From assembly GCA_964016885.1 (NCBI GenBank), contig OZ024740.1:207638001-207702000 (forward strand): a stretch of DNA of 64,000 nt, in the 5' to 3' direction. This DNA is from Eledone cirrhosa (taxonomy: Eukaryota). Below, piece by piece: positions 1 to 12,576 of this stretch (positions are counted from its first letter, which is position 1; each line of letters begins with the position of its first letter). The notes beneath the pieces were generated by a model, which worked only from the letters and a program-made list of their open reading frames with translations, was not told the DNA's origin and made no database searches. A program made the translations under genes and the position numbers.

Positions 1-1340
1 TTACTCTTTTACTCTTTTACCTGTTGCAGCCATCCGGCTGAGGCCATGCTGGGGCACCTCCCTTGTTGCTACACATTCTATCTCCAGCCTGTGTTGGCTG
101 GCCATTGGTGTAAGATGGAGTTCGTTGCTGCTGCCCTTAAGTTACCTTCGTACCGTGCTGTGGGTTCATTCGGGATCGTGGATAGCAAGGTGTCGAGATG
201 TTTCTTGAAAATATCCGCGTCCACACCATGCAGATCTCTCTAATTCCTTGGCAGGTTGTTGAAGAGTTGAGGGCCTTTGAACCCCAGGCTATTGCAATAT
301 CTTCTCCTTATTCTAGATGTGAAAGACGGGACCTTTGGCACCACACATTGATGTCCTGTTTGGAGGTTGGTCCAGCTCTCAATGGCAAAGTTTGGTACTA
401 GTGCCTCCAGTATTTTCCATGTGTATATTACTGCGTATCTCTCTCATCTTCGTTCCAAGGAGTAGAGGTACAGTTCTTTTAGCCTCTCCCAATAGCTTAT
501 CTCCTTCATCGTGGCAATCCTCTTGGTGTAGCTTTGTTGGATTGCCTAAAGCTCCGTGGTTAGTTTGATACTATGGGGTGAACACAGCTGGGAGCAATAG
601 TCCAGGCGGCTTAGGACAAATGTCCTCCATAGTATCAACATGGTCTCTCGGTATCTTGTCAGGAAAGTCCTCAAGATCCAGCCAGCGAGTCGTCTGCACA
701 TTGTTGCTACCCTCATGATGTGTGAAGAAAAAGATCCATCGTCGCTCATGTCTATCCCCAGGTCTCGTATCGATTTCGACACGGGAATTTCGATCCCTCC
801 TGATCCGGTGTAGCTGTGTTGTACTGTCCTTGTGTTTGCAGGTTGGTATTGTAGCACTTGAAATTTTCCAGCATTAAACTGTATGTTGTTCTCCTCAGCC
901 CATTTGTATATGGCATCCAGATCTTATAAAAGGTCAGTATCAGCCGAGTTTTTTTTTTTATTGCTGTGCTACTTTTCTGTCACCAGCATAGCTAGTGAGG
1001 GATGGTGTATGTATACAGAGGGCATGTCTGAGCGAGCCACAAAAAACAGTAGTGGTCCCAAGATTGTGCCCAGGTGAACTCCACTTGTTATTGATGTTTC
1101 CTTTGAGTGGGCCTTATTAGCTGCAACTGTCTGGCTTCTGTCTTTTAAGAAATCATGCAGCCACTCACCTACTTTTCCAGTTATGCCGAGTCTGTGTAGG
1201 TTGTGACATATCATTCCGTCAAAGGCTTTGTCAAAGGTCTTCGCAAAGTCAAGATTTATCGCGTCCACATGTGAGCTGTCTAGCAGTTGTTTCAGTACCC
1301 TGTCATACTGTTGTAACAGCTTTGTAAGACAGCTTCTTCC
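1..1340 (-). mobile_element. CR1/L2-group LINE, 3' part (decayed RT and 3' tail)
   Basis: ORF fragments 969-1268 (LDFAKTFDK...ITSGVHLGTILGPLLF) and 546-857 (SIRDLGI...SRLDYCSQLCSP) are CR1-like RT pieces. The minus-strand 3' tail reads GGTGCCCCAGCATGGCC...(GAGTAAAA)n at 1-58. Confidence 0.8.
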
Positions 1341-2042
1341 TGGGCGAAAGAAGTATGTCTTGCTGATCAGTAAGACATACCCCTTTAAGAAAACCCACTG
1401 TACAAATAAGAAATGTGTTATATATAAAATGAACTCCGAGTTAAAGTGTAAAACTATAAATGTTGTCTATAGCATAAGATGTACAGAGGGTACTTGCAGA
1501 CACAGGACAACGACATACATAGGTGAGACAGCTCGAAGCATAGGAGAAAGAATAGACCAACACTGGGGGAAACTAATAGGACAAAAAAAAAACGGTTTAG
1601 TACTATATGAACACGCCAGACAACAACATGACGGTAATATAGACAACATAGAAATTGAAATAATATCTAAGCATAGAAATGACTCAACAGGTAGGCAAAT
1701 CAGAGAAGCAACTGAGATAGAACTAAGAAGACCAAAGTTGAACAGGAAGACCGAATGGAATAAAAACAACCATACCCAAACAAATAATACTGACTTAAGG
1801 GAAATATAAATAAATCAATATATACACAAGTACAATAACAACAAACACATATAAACACACTAGTAAACAAAGATTGAATACAAAAACACATACACTCAAA
1901 CGCGAACACACACATCAAACATTATACACACACGCAAACGCATGCGCAGCGAAAGAGACAAGGAGAAATAAATAAATAAATAAAAATAAAAAGGGCGTAG
2001 AAATTACAGTACGATACAATACAATAGGAGAAAACATAATAG

Positions 2043-2086
2043 TACCACTGATGATGTTGCAGATGTGCAACGAAAGAACTTTGATG
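2043..2086 (+). ncRNA. Minimal type I hammerhead ribozyme (family A)
   Basis: CTGATGA-T-GTTGCA-GATG-TGCAAC-GAAA-GAAC-TT. Stem II is a perfect 6 bp; stem I is imperfect. Confidence 0.65.
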
Positions 2087-2232
2087 GACTATATATATAT
2101 ATTTATATCTGTATTTTTAACCACTTTTCAATCAATAATAAACATTGATTGCCAAATAAATTAACTATGGAGATATAAAAGATACAGAAGCGAAAACCAG
2201 CCAAACAGTGAGTGTGTTCTGTTATTATTTTT

Positions 2233-2424
2233 GGCAGTGGATTGGCAGTATCGGTAGAGGCTCGGACGCCATGCTTTGACGCATAGAGTTGCGGCCCCTG
2301 CCATTCTGAGTTCAAATCCCGCCGAGGTTTACTTTGCCTTTCATCCTTACGGGGTCGATAAAATAAAGTACCAGTAATACACTGGGTATTTGCTGGCGTT
2401 GTGCCAAAAGTCGAAACAATTATT
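2233..2424 (+). mobile_element. tRNA-head SINE (dominant family in the window)
   Basis: A-box-like TGGCAGTATCGGTAG, B-box GAGTTCAAATCCC, core GCCTTTCATCCTTACGGGGTCGATAAAATAAAGTACCAG. Flanked by near-duplicated attatt(t/c)tggca. Confidence 0.85.
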
Positions 2425-2471
2425 TCTGGCAATATTATTACAACAATATGACCCTCCTCAAGTATATCAAT

Positions 2472-2527
<56 letters not shown>

Positions 2528-2744
2528 ACTTAGAGTTTACACTCAATGGGGTCATTTACATATTATATTACTGCTCCCTCAGTTGAGCTGAATTTGTAAT
2601 CCCATATAAACGGCTGTTATTTCTAGCAGTATGAGTGTGGGAGGCTAGAGGATTGGAATAAGTCGTGTGCAAAACCTCGTGTATTTTCGCTACGTTAACC
2701 AGACCTTAGATATTTTTCCGAGGTGAAGTTACTTAATTTATCTG

Positions 2745-2902
2745 GGTACCTATTGATAAACACAGAAAATTAATTATCTCACTACTAATTAATTAATTAT
2801 TTCACTATTATACCATCCTTTGTGAAACATGTTTAAATTTTGAAGTTCGGACTGATCTGCGGAAAAGGTTTGTATTTTGAAATTTAAACGTGTCTAGGTA
2901 CC
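2745..2902 (+). ncRNA. Type I hammerhead ribozyme, U3-A8 core, long stem III (family B)
   Basis: Stem I GGTACCTA/TAGGTACC; core TTGATAA (2753-2759); stem II ACA/TGT; GAAA at 2824; stem III of 20+ bp; GTC triplet at 2892-2894. Confidence 0.8.
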
Positions 2903-3052
2903 AAGGCCTTTTGCCGATATGTGTTTGTGAGTATTGATTTATTATTTTTTAGATCGACACAGGCAGACTATATGTATTTGAATTAAGATATTTCATTCTA
3001 GCTATTTTATTGTCAATTGCAACAAAAACATGTAAATGTTTATCATATATTA

Positions 3053-3173
<121 letters not shown>

Positions 3174-3349
3174 TGCGTGCGGGCGCGTTTTTGCGTATGA
3201 GTGCATGTGTGTGTGTGTGTTCCAGCAGCTAGTTCAAACAAATATTTACAACGAGGGTTCTTTGGTAAAGTTTCTCACTTATTAAATCTTTAAATTTAAA
3301 TTTATAAAAACAGCAACTAGGAAAACAATAAATAATTGCTCTATGTTTG

Positions 3350-3355
3350 TTTATT
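3350..3355 (-). terminator. Polyadenylation signal AATAAA of paralog A
   Basis: About 95 nt downstream of the stop codon; conserved in paralog B at 32241-32246. Confidence 0.6.
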
Positions 3356-3450
3356 TCATGAAAAAAATATTGGAATTAATATTAAAAAGAATTACTCTTA
3401 TTATTCAGAAACATAATCATCTCAAGTCAGAAAGCAGCCTGTTGTGTTCT

Positions 3451-3465
3451 TTAGTAGTATCCAGT
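3451..3465 (-). CDS. Paralog A exon 3 (TGYY-stop)
   Basis: tttatttcattacag|ACT GGA TAC TAC TAA. Phase 0 matches the exon 2 donor, and the coding bases are identical in paralog B. Confidence 0.7.
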   Translation of the reverse strand, partial: TGYY

Positions 3466-4397
3466 CTGTAATGAAATAAAGTTTTATATTGTATTACTAT
3501 TGATATTGAAACAATATCAAATAAATAACTTACGAAATATAACAATTTAGATATAGGTAAAATTCCTTAACATATCGATATACATATATATTAGCGATAA
3601 ATAAAGGAACGAAGTTACGTTGAATTAACTCCCTTAGTTGGAAATTAAACGAAACAGCAGTGAACGTTTGAACCTTTAACCAGAATGTTGGTAAGTCCAA
3701 TAACATTCCTACTGAAGCATTTCTTTGAAAGAGAATATATATTTCATAGTTATATAAAAGTGACTATAACATTGCCATCTATTTTGACATACGACTAGAG
3801 ATATGATGTTCTACATCCAGATAAATTTTCTTGACTAATTGGATAAGGCCACACCCCAGTCTCTTAATCACTGTCGTAATGACTTATTTCATTAACCTTC
3901 CTACTGCTACTACAATGGTATAGAGCTTCTAAGATGGCAGGTTTCATGTCACCTCCACTCAGACAATTCCAACTCAATCGTATCTCCATTTCTTATCACT
4001 CATATTGTGTCTGCCCTCCAGGATCCACAGAAACCCTCTACACGTTACCTGTCCTACAGCGAATGTCCGCCTTCTCGAATTTTCTCCATGTTCCCGTCAT
4101 ACCTACCGCCATCAACTTGCGGCACTTTATTTGAAAGATTATTAAAATTAATCTCATCGGTCACAAGTGAGCAATGAATGAATGCCATCACCTCTGTCAT
4201 ACTCTAACAAACATTCACTAAATGGTAGCTATGCTAATGATGATGTTCCCCTGTTTCTTATATCACAGCAGTAATTACACAGGGAAATTGTAATGATATC
4301 TTTGTGTAATGTGTCTAAAGGACTACAAATTACATAAGAGGAAAGATAGAATTGTAAATATTTGAGACAATAAAGGAGTAATAAAAACCATACTCAC

Positions 4398-5431
4398 TGG
4401 ATCACATATTAAGTTGGTACACTTGACCTGCCCAGCTGAACATCGACATGTATTGCAATTATCTTGAGCCGTGAATATTTGGCCAGCTGTGTAGATTTTT
4501 CCGTTGTATTGGCATGTTTTAGGACAGTACATTTTAGTACATCTTACTTGACCAAATTGACCACATGTACATGTATTGCAGTCATTTTTAAACGATTCTC
4601 CCACAGAATAGGTTTGCCCGTTGAATATGCATGGTTTGGAGCATATTTTATGTTCACATTGGACTCTTCCATTATCATGGCACTGACATTTGTTGCAATC
4701 ATTGTAGAATATAGAACCAACATCATAACGTTTACCGTTGTATGTACATTGACAAGGGTAATTTGTACATTGGAACTGTCCATTTTGTTGACAAGTACAG
4801 GTGTTACAACCTTTCCTGAATTGTTGTCCATAATTATAGACCATATTGTTGTAGGTGCAAGTACATGGGTTGTTTGTACATTGGAACTGTCCATTGTGTT
4901 GACAAGTGCAGGTGTTACAACCTTTCCTGAATTGTTGTCCGAAATTATAGACCATATTGTTGTAGGTGCAAGTACATGGGTTGCTTGTACACTGTATACG
5001 ACCATCCATTTGACATGTGCATGTATTGCAGTCTTTGCTAAATGTAGCACCAATGCGGTAAGATCTTCCATTTTCAAAACAGTCACACCGTTTGTTAGAA
5101 CACTGTACAACACCACTAGATAAACATTCACATCGGTTGCAACGATCATTAAACCTCTGGCCAATATTGTAATTTTGTCCTTTATATGTACACTGACATC
5201 TATTCTTTGTACAATCCATTTGACCATTGGCTCTGCATACACATGTATTACATGACTGTTGGATTGTCCGTCCTACTGTGTAACGTCTACCTTCATACCA
5301 ACATGTTGATTGTTGTCCATACTCACATATCTTATTTGAACACTGAGCTCGTCCACTTTCAAGACACACACACGTGTTACAGTCGATGCTAAATGTACCT
5401 TCATACCTTCTTCCATTATGGGTACATTCAT
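4398..5431 (-). CDS. Paralog A exon 2: nine pacifastin/VWC-like 6-Cys repeats of a secreted protein (369 aa in total)
   Basis: Open frame with repeats C-x14-18-CNxCxC-x2-3-G-x3-C[TSE]xxxC. Acceptor ttctttttacag|AT, donor CCA|gtgagt. Joins 7038-7098 and 3451-3465. Confidence 0.9.
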
Positions 5432-5985
5432 CTGTAAAAAGAATAACATTATCATCTCAATATATAGCTTTAATATACATCATTGATATTTCTATTTATA
5501 TAGAATCTATAACAATTAGATATAACAATACTTAACGATATCAAAGTTTTTCTTTCTTTCTTTGCATTAATGTAAAAAATTTCAAATATTTAATGCTGTA
5601 TTTTCCACAGTGAGGTCCCTCAAAACATTCTGGGGTTTCGCAAGGTAATTAGATTTCAATCATAATTATTTCTGTTTGTTTATAAAATATTCTATTAGTT
5701 TGTTTTATCTATAACAATTAGATATACTACTTAACGATGTAAAACTCTTTTCTTTGAAATATCTTTTTTTACCTCAGCAGGGCCCTCAAAAATATTCTGT
5801 GGTTCTGCAAGATAAAGAGTTTTCACTCATATCAAATAAAAATGTTATTATATATTGAGTCCAACACCTTTTTCTTACATTAGTAAATTACAACAAATGT
5901 GACAGACATATGGACACCTGAATCTATTACAATATCTTTGTATTAACATATCTATCGGAAAACAGTGTACGTGTACTGATCTCTT

Positions 5986-6076
<91 letters not shown>

Positions 6077-6404
6077 TAACAGCAGAGATGTTATTAAAGA
6101 CTCCCTTTTTAGAATAGAATATGATTATTTCTTCACCATCTTCTGATTCCATAAAACAGTCTCCAACAGAAGAGATTTTGTTCACACAATTTTCACCATT
6201 TGTTTTCACTATTGGTTCCCTATCCTTAGCAATATGAGAGGCTTCACCCATGTGGTGGATATTTCTACGACACCAAACTACCCACTACACTCAATCTTAA
6301 CTTTTAAAAACTTCAGATATGTTGATTTAATTCCCTTACTACTTTTTCTTCCAGAGTCGTCAACTTTCCTCGGTTTAAAGGGAAGATTAACGTCACTAGC
6401 CTCA

Positions 6405-6535
6405 AGGAGAACCTCACTAGTTAATGAGAACTACACTGGTCAAGGAGAACTACACTGGTTAATGAGAACTACACTGGTCAATGAGAACCTCACTCGTGAA
6501 GAAGAACCTCACTGGTCAATGAGAACGACACTGAT
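6405..6535. repeat. Intronic ~20-bp minisatellite (GAGAACTACACTGGTCAAT variants, about 6 copies)
   Basis: Directly visible tandem units; absent from the paralog B intron. Confidence 0.75.
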
Positions 6536-6779
6536 GAAGGAAAAGCAACTAAGGCCATGGGCGAAATAATTTCATCCCAGCCAAATCAATCAATAAATAA
6601 ATAATTGTTTCTAATCAATAAATAAATAATGGTTTCTAATATAAACACAAAATCTTAAATTATATCGATCCCAGTTCTTGATTAGTACTTCATTTCATCG
6701 ATCTCGGAAGGATGCCGACGATCTCTCGATTCTGGAAATCCAGCGCTCATAGTAATGGTGATGATAATAACAATAATTA

Positions 6780-6946
6780 TTATTTCTACTATAGGCACAA
6801 CGCCAGCAATTTGAAGGGGATTAAATCTATCCCAGTGCATTTTATCGATCCTGAAAGGATGAAAGATAAAGCTAATCTCGGCGGGATTTGAACTCAAAAC
6901 AGAGATGTTGTTCGACGCTCTACCGATTCTGCTAATCCACCGCCCT
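6780..6946 (-). mobile_element. SINE, diverged copy
   Basis: Reverse complement of GAGTTCAAATCCCGCCGAG...TCATCCTTTCAGGATCGATAAA. Confidence 0.7.
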
Positions 6947-7037
6947 TAATAATAACAATAATAATATGAAGAAAGAAAGCTAGAAAGAGAACAAGTGAGA
7001 AATAAATATACAAACTATAGTAATATGATTTACTTAC

Positions 7038-7098
7038 AGTTGGTGTAGCAGTTTACGAATGAAAATGCTGCAAATACTACTAGAATTTCGTACAACAT
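7038..7098 (-). CDS. Paralog A exon 1: signal peptide MLYEILVVFAAFSFVNCYTN
   Basis: Kozak-like accaccATG, hydrophobic core, phase-1 donor T|gtaagt matching the exon 2 acceptor phase. Confidence 0.85.
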
Positions 7099-7192
7099 GG
7101 TGGTCAGTTGGTTTATCTTCCTGTTGTAGAATTGTGATGGTCGTTATCTTGTTCGAAACAAGGACAGGTTTAACAAATGTCTAAGAAGAACG

Positions 7193-7201
7193 CTTTATAT
7201 A
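7193..7201 (-). promoter_or_regulatory. TATA box of paralog A (TATATAAAG)
   Basis: About 95 nt upstream of the ATG; conserved as TATAAAG in paralog B. Confidence 0.65.
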
Positions 7202-7749
7202 ACCCCTGTTCAACGTGATCAACTGAATTAATTAATTAAACAACATTAATTTATTCAGTTTCACTTCTTTTGCATTTATTTTTACATTTTAAGAAACCAC
7301 AATTAATCCCGAAATATCCTTGAAGATATGGGTGTCACCTTTACCAGTGACATAGCTTGGGAAAATGTTCACAAGTTATCTATATGTCAAATTAAATACA
7401 CAAATTTAATGTACAATCCAATGTTTTCTCATGCCACCTTTACCAGGGACATATAACAAAAGCTTGGGGAACAAATTTCATAAGTTATTGTGTTTAGAAA
7501 CACATTGATTTGTAACCAATTTATAAGACAAAACAAGACTGTATACTTTGTTAGTGAAAATTAATTGTAATTAATGGTAATTTCTCAGGTTTCAATACAA
7601 TTTTTGTAGATTTTCCGTAAATTATTTTTCTATGACACATTCAAATCCCACGCCCAAAATATCAAAGGGTGGACTTTAAACACTTGAAAAACTTGTTAAT
7701 TGCTACATATAAGAGAGGACAAATATCTTTGTATGTATGTATGTATATG

Positions 7750-10700
7750 TCAGGTTACTCTCGAGTGCTACTGGTAACATGTAACCCAGTACTACCTGTC
7801 TCATGGTCGGGTCGTCGGCGACTAAACCGGCAACCCCACCAAGCTTGCTTGGTGAGGAGGGTGATATTTGGACACCCTGCGGGATGAAATACAAGACCCG
7901 GCAAAGGGCGGAGGAACTCAACAGAGTGAACGGCCATCCAAATAGTACTTTTTTTTTTACCTGGGAGTGAGGGGCCCCCTGTTGTTGTCACAACACCTTT
8001 CTAGAAGAGGGAAACTCTGAAAAAAAACCTGCGGCTTTGGAAGCATCCGATGATGTAGACCAGTTCTTCTTTTCGGGTAGTGTTTTCGATGCTCAGAGAG
8101 TGGGTTTGGTCGCGTGCAAGGCCTTTCCCCACTTAAAAACCTTCAAAGCACAGGCATCGCTTGTTCAGGATCTGTTACAGGTTCGTGTGGCTGGCCGTAG
8201 CCTAAAAGTGCACCAAACTCTATGATGACAGATGATAACCTTGAAGTCAATGGCAGTAAGGGCTCTGGAACCTATTGTGAAGGGGTCTGGCCCGGCAGGT
8301 GTCCCATGGCACCGCAGCGTAGGCCCGGTCGTCATCCTACAACTGCAAGGAGGTTCAAACCTCTGAATATTGGATGTTGAAATGTAAGAACTTTACTGGA
8401 TTCCCAGTCCAGTAAAACTCGCCCTGAAAGAAGATCTGCTTTGGTGCCGAGGGAACTCGATCGCTATACCATGGACATCGTTGCTCTTTCAGAAACGAGA
8501 TTGGCAGGTGAGGGTCAATTCACAGAACAGAAGGGAGGATATACCTTCTATTGGAGTGGCGGAGCAGAGGGTTGTAGGAGAGGGGCAGGGGTCGCATTTG
8601 CAGTCAGGAATGGAATCGTCTTAAAGCTGGAAAATCTTCCTTGTGGATTCAATGATCGGATAATGTCCATGAGGGTCCCTATGATTCAAAACCGCTTTGT
8701 GACTCTGGTCAGTGTGTACACTCCTACTATGTGTGCTAGTGATGATGAAAAACTAAGTTTCTACATGTCTTTGAGAGAGGTCATCCATGGTATACCTTAT
8801 GCAGACAAGATTGTCATCATTGGTGATTTTAATGCACGTGCTGGTAACGACTGGGAAGCTTGGAGTGTGATGGGCAGGCATGGAGTAGGTAAGTGCAATA
8901 ACAATGGCCTACTTCTGTTTCAGATGTGCACTGAGATGGATCTTGTTGTTGGGAAACGCTCTTTCAGCAGAAAGACAAATATAAGACAACTTGGATGCAT
9001 CCAGGTTCCAAGAAGTGGCAGACTTCGTTTTAACGTGAAAACCTGATATCAGGGATATCACATTGATTCGTGTATTGCGAGGCGCGGAATGTTGGACTGA
9101 TCATCGTCTGGTGCGCGCCAAGTTTCAATTTGTTGTGAATCCCAAAGTAAGCGGGAAGAAGGTTGCACTTCCAAAACAACTAAACGTGGCTCGTCTGAAA
9201 ACAGAGAAAGTCAGAGCTGAGCTGCCGAGGTCCCTTGAGTCCATGGAATGTGAAAACATTTGGGAATCATTGAAGAAAACCGTCTATGATGTTAGTGCTG
9301 GAGTTTTGGGTCACACCAATAGAAAGCATAACGACTGGTTCGATGAAAATGATCCAGTGATCCAGATCTTCCTTGAAGAGAAACAAAAAGTGCTGACATC
9401 ATTGTTGTGTGAGACACGTTCTGACGGGAGTGACCGGACCTTCGGGCAGATCAAGGCACGTGTGCAACATCGATTGAGAGCCATGTAGGATACCTGGTGG
9501 AGCCAAAAGGCTGATGAAATCCAGAAGGCCTCAGATAGACATGATACAAAGCTCCTATACAGTCTGCTCAGGGAGGTGTATGGTCCGACCGGTTCACAAA
9601 TATCACCACTTCGCTCCGGAGACGGCAAGGAATTGCTCAGAGATCCGAAGGAAATCCTGATCAGGTGGCATGACCACTTTGATGAGCTTCTCAACAGACC
9701 ATCAGAAATTGATGATGAGTTCATCCGGCCGATTACATCCAGACCTACAAAGTTGGCAATGGCTGATCCTCCTTCATTTGATGAGGTGGCGAAGGCCATT
9801 TCAAAATTAAACAGCGGCAAGTCACCTGGAATGGATGGACTGAGTGCCGAGATTTTCAAGTGTGCTGGTGATAACTTCTTAAACCGTCTCACTGATCTCT
9901 TTGCGAATGTTTGGAATGAAGATGTGCCACATGATTGGAAAGATGCATTGATGGTGGTACTTTACAAAGGAAAGGGTGCCAAAGATGACTGTGGCAACTA
10001 CAGAGGTATTTCACTGCTATCTGTGGCTGGGAATATCTTGTGCAGGATATTGTTGGACAGATTGATACAGCACATTGCTGTTGAGGTACTTCCTGAGTCC
10101 CAATGTATTTTTAGGAATGGCAGCGGCACTGTTGACATGATCTTCTCGGCCAAACAACTTCAAGAGAAATGCATTGAGAAGTGCATGGACTTATACCAAG
10201 TTTTTGTCGATTTGACCAAGGCATTTAACACCGTTAATCGGAAGGCTTTGTGGGTTATTTTGGAGAGAGAGATTGGGCTGCCCTGAAAAGTTTGTGAACA
10301 TTCTGAAACTCTTCCACGATGACATGCAGACATGGGTGAATGTTGGAGGTAAATTGTTTGAGCCAATCTCGGTTGAAAATTGTGTCAAGCAGGGTGATAT
10401 AACTGCACCAACGTTGTTTGCCTTGTATTTCGCGATGGTGTTCTTCATGGCCTTCAAGGATTGTCAACACGGATCTATCTCAGATATCGCACTTCCGGCA
10501 AGCTGTTTAACCTTAGGCGTCTCACTGCCAACACTAAGGTACTCAGTACCTTGATCAGAGCATTTTTATATGCAGATGATTGTGATCACTTTGCACACTC
10601 CCAGAGTGACATGCAACACCTTATGGATTCTTTTTCCAATGCGTGCAGTGCTTTGGGATTGACAATCAGTCTGAAAAAGACTGTCGTCATGTATCAACCT

Positions 10701-11724
10701 AACCGGATAAAGTTTTCAATGAACCCTCCATACACGTATACGGTCAAAAGCTGAAGGCTGCTGACACATTTGTGTATTTGGGGAGTACTCTGAGTGTGAC
10801 CTGCTCTCTGGATGCAGAAGTTGGTCTACGTGTTAGTAAGGCAAGTGAGTCATTTTGAAGACTCAACGACCGTCTTTGGTGCAGGCGAGGAATCGCAATG
10901 AGGACCAAGGTGAGAGTGTATGCTGCATGTGTACTGTCAGCTTTGCTGTATGCATGTGAGACATGGGTTGCCTACAAACGGCATATCCACAGACTGGAAC
11001 GGTTTCACCAGCAGTGTCTCAGAAAGGTGCTTGGTATCAAGTGGCAGATGCATGCGAGTGATGTTGAGGTCCTTGAGAGAAGTGAGTGTTGGAGCATTGA
11101 GAGTATCATCCACCAACGGCGTTTGCGATTGACCGGACACATCTGCAGAATGGAGGATGATCGAATCCCAAAACAACTCTTGTATGGTGACCTTTGTGAG
11201 GGTAAGAGACAACCTCACAGACCAAAGCTCCGATTCAAGGATTGTGTAAAGAACTCATTGAAAAAAACTGGTTTGATGGTGGCTGGCTGGGAGATAGAAG
11301 CTCTTGAAAGAGAAACTTGGCGTGGAATGGTGAATAATGGGGTCCATAATTTTGAGGACAGACGCATAGAGCACGAGAAGATCAAACGAGATGTGCGTAA
11401 GCAATGCCCTGGTGTATCTCTCGAAATGATCGGTGTCTCCATTGAATTGAAGTGCCCTGAGTGTGGAAAAATTTGCTTCAGCAAATCTGGTCTCAGGAGC
11501 CACAGTCGCAGCCATGTTAAAAGAGAACCAGTGAACTATGATCTCCACGGTGTTGTGAGGGTTCACAGGCAACCTGATGCAGGACCTCAAGCCAGGGAGA
11601 TCCATAGTTGTCGTCAGTGTGTGAAGGAGTGCAAGTCTACCAGGCTTGAAAAGCCATATCCGAGCGTCCCACATCTGAATCTGACAAGCAATGGCAATAC
11701 TCTTGGCAGAGTTTGCAGCCATCA
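7750..11724 (+). mobile_element. Near full-length RTE-clade (BovB-like) LINE, inactivated
   Basis: APE domain (DIVALSETRL...IGDFNAR...WTDHRLV), RT (GKSPGMDG, NYRGISLLS, FVDLTKAF, LYADD) and C-terminal CxxC...HxxxH, with stops and frameshifts. 20-bp TSD tgtatgtatgtatgtatatg at 7730-7749 and 11725-11744. Confidence 0.92.
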
Positions 11725-12576
11725 TGTATGTATGTATGTATATGGGTATGTGTGTGTGAATTTATTTATATGGTTATGTACATACACGCATACATACATA
11801 TACTTATATACATATACACGCACACGTGTGTGTATGTATATATATGTATATGAGGATTAATGTACGTGACGAACTCGCAAACACACACACACACTCACAG
11901 ACACATACACACTCATATACAAAATGTGACGTCTACACTCTCACATACACTCACACATATTATGTGTATGTATGTGTAGATATGTGTGTTTAATTCTCTG
12001 AGGCCTAACGCACATTACGAACGCACAAACACACACACACTACAGACACATACACACTCATATACAAAATGTGACGTCGTTATCGTCATGTTGGTGGTGC
12101 TGGTCTACTATAGTTGACTATAAAAATATTATTTTAGATAAAATGTTATATTGTTTAATCCAAATGAAAATAAAAATTACATGTTGACACTCCCGGGGTC
12201 TAATACTATTACCTTGTAAAATTTGATTTGATTTGGTCCAGCAGTTGGAGAATGCATAGGGACAGACAGACAGACAGAGAGACAAAGAATTTCATATATA
12301 TAGAGAGATATAGAGATATATACGTATATTTATATATATCTTATCAACAAAAGTGTAGGATATAATAGCAGTACAGTACAGCTACTTCACCATTTGATTT
12401 GCCTGTTTGATTCGCGTACGCGCCCGTGTATGTGCCTGTGTATGTTCGTGTATGTATGTAGAATATTTGTAGATAAAAGACTGAGGAAAACAATGCTTAA
12501 TCTAGCACAAGAGAGCTTATTTATTTTATATCAAATTTTATAGAATTTTATATACGGTTCCTCTACTATACAGTTA

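Larger units (their letters stand above)
1345..2470 (+). mobile_element. Penelope-like element fragment: GIY-YIG endonuclease plus 3' terminal repeat
   Basis: The 3' part of ORF 1228-1809 has NVVYSIRC...YIGETARSIGERIDQH...REATEIELRRPKLN. It is followed by a terminal segment with an HHR that recurs at 24560, 41780 and 57820. Confidence 0.75.

Noticed and set aside
2233-2330. tRNA gene
   Set aside because: A/B boxes belong to a multi-copy SINE head; no complete cloverleaf.
4323-4397. Hydrophobic C-terminal tail VSMVFITPLL... as a membrane anchor
   Set aside because: It begins at a strong gtgagt donor and a phase-matched terminal exon exists, so it is probably intron read-through. Intron retention is not excluded.
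4464-5455. Overlapping and antisense ORFs over the Cys-rich exon (also 30252-31132)
   Set aside because: Shadow frames of a repetitive exon; the splice phases support only the Cys-rich frame.
6405-6535. CRISPR-like periodicity
   Set aside because: No unique spacers, no cas genes, and a eukaryotic intron context.
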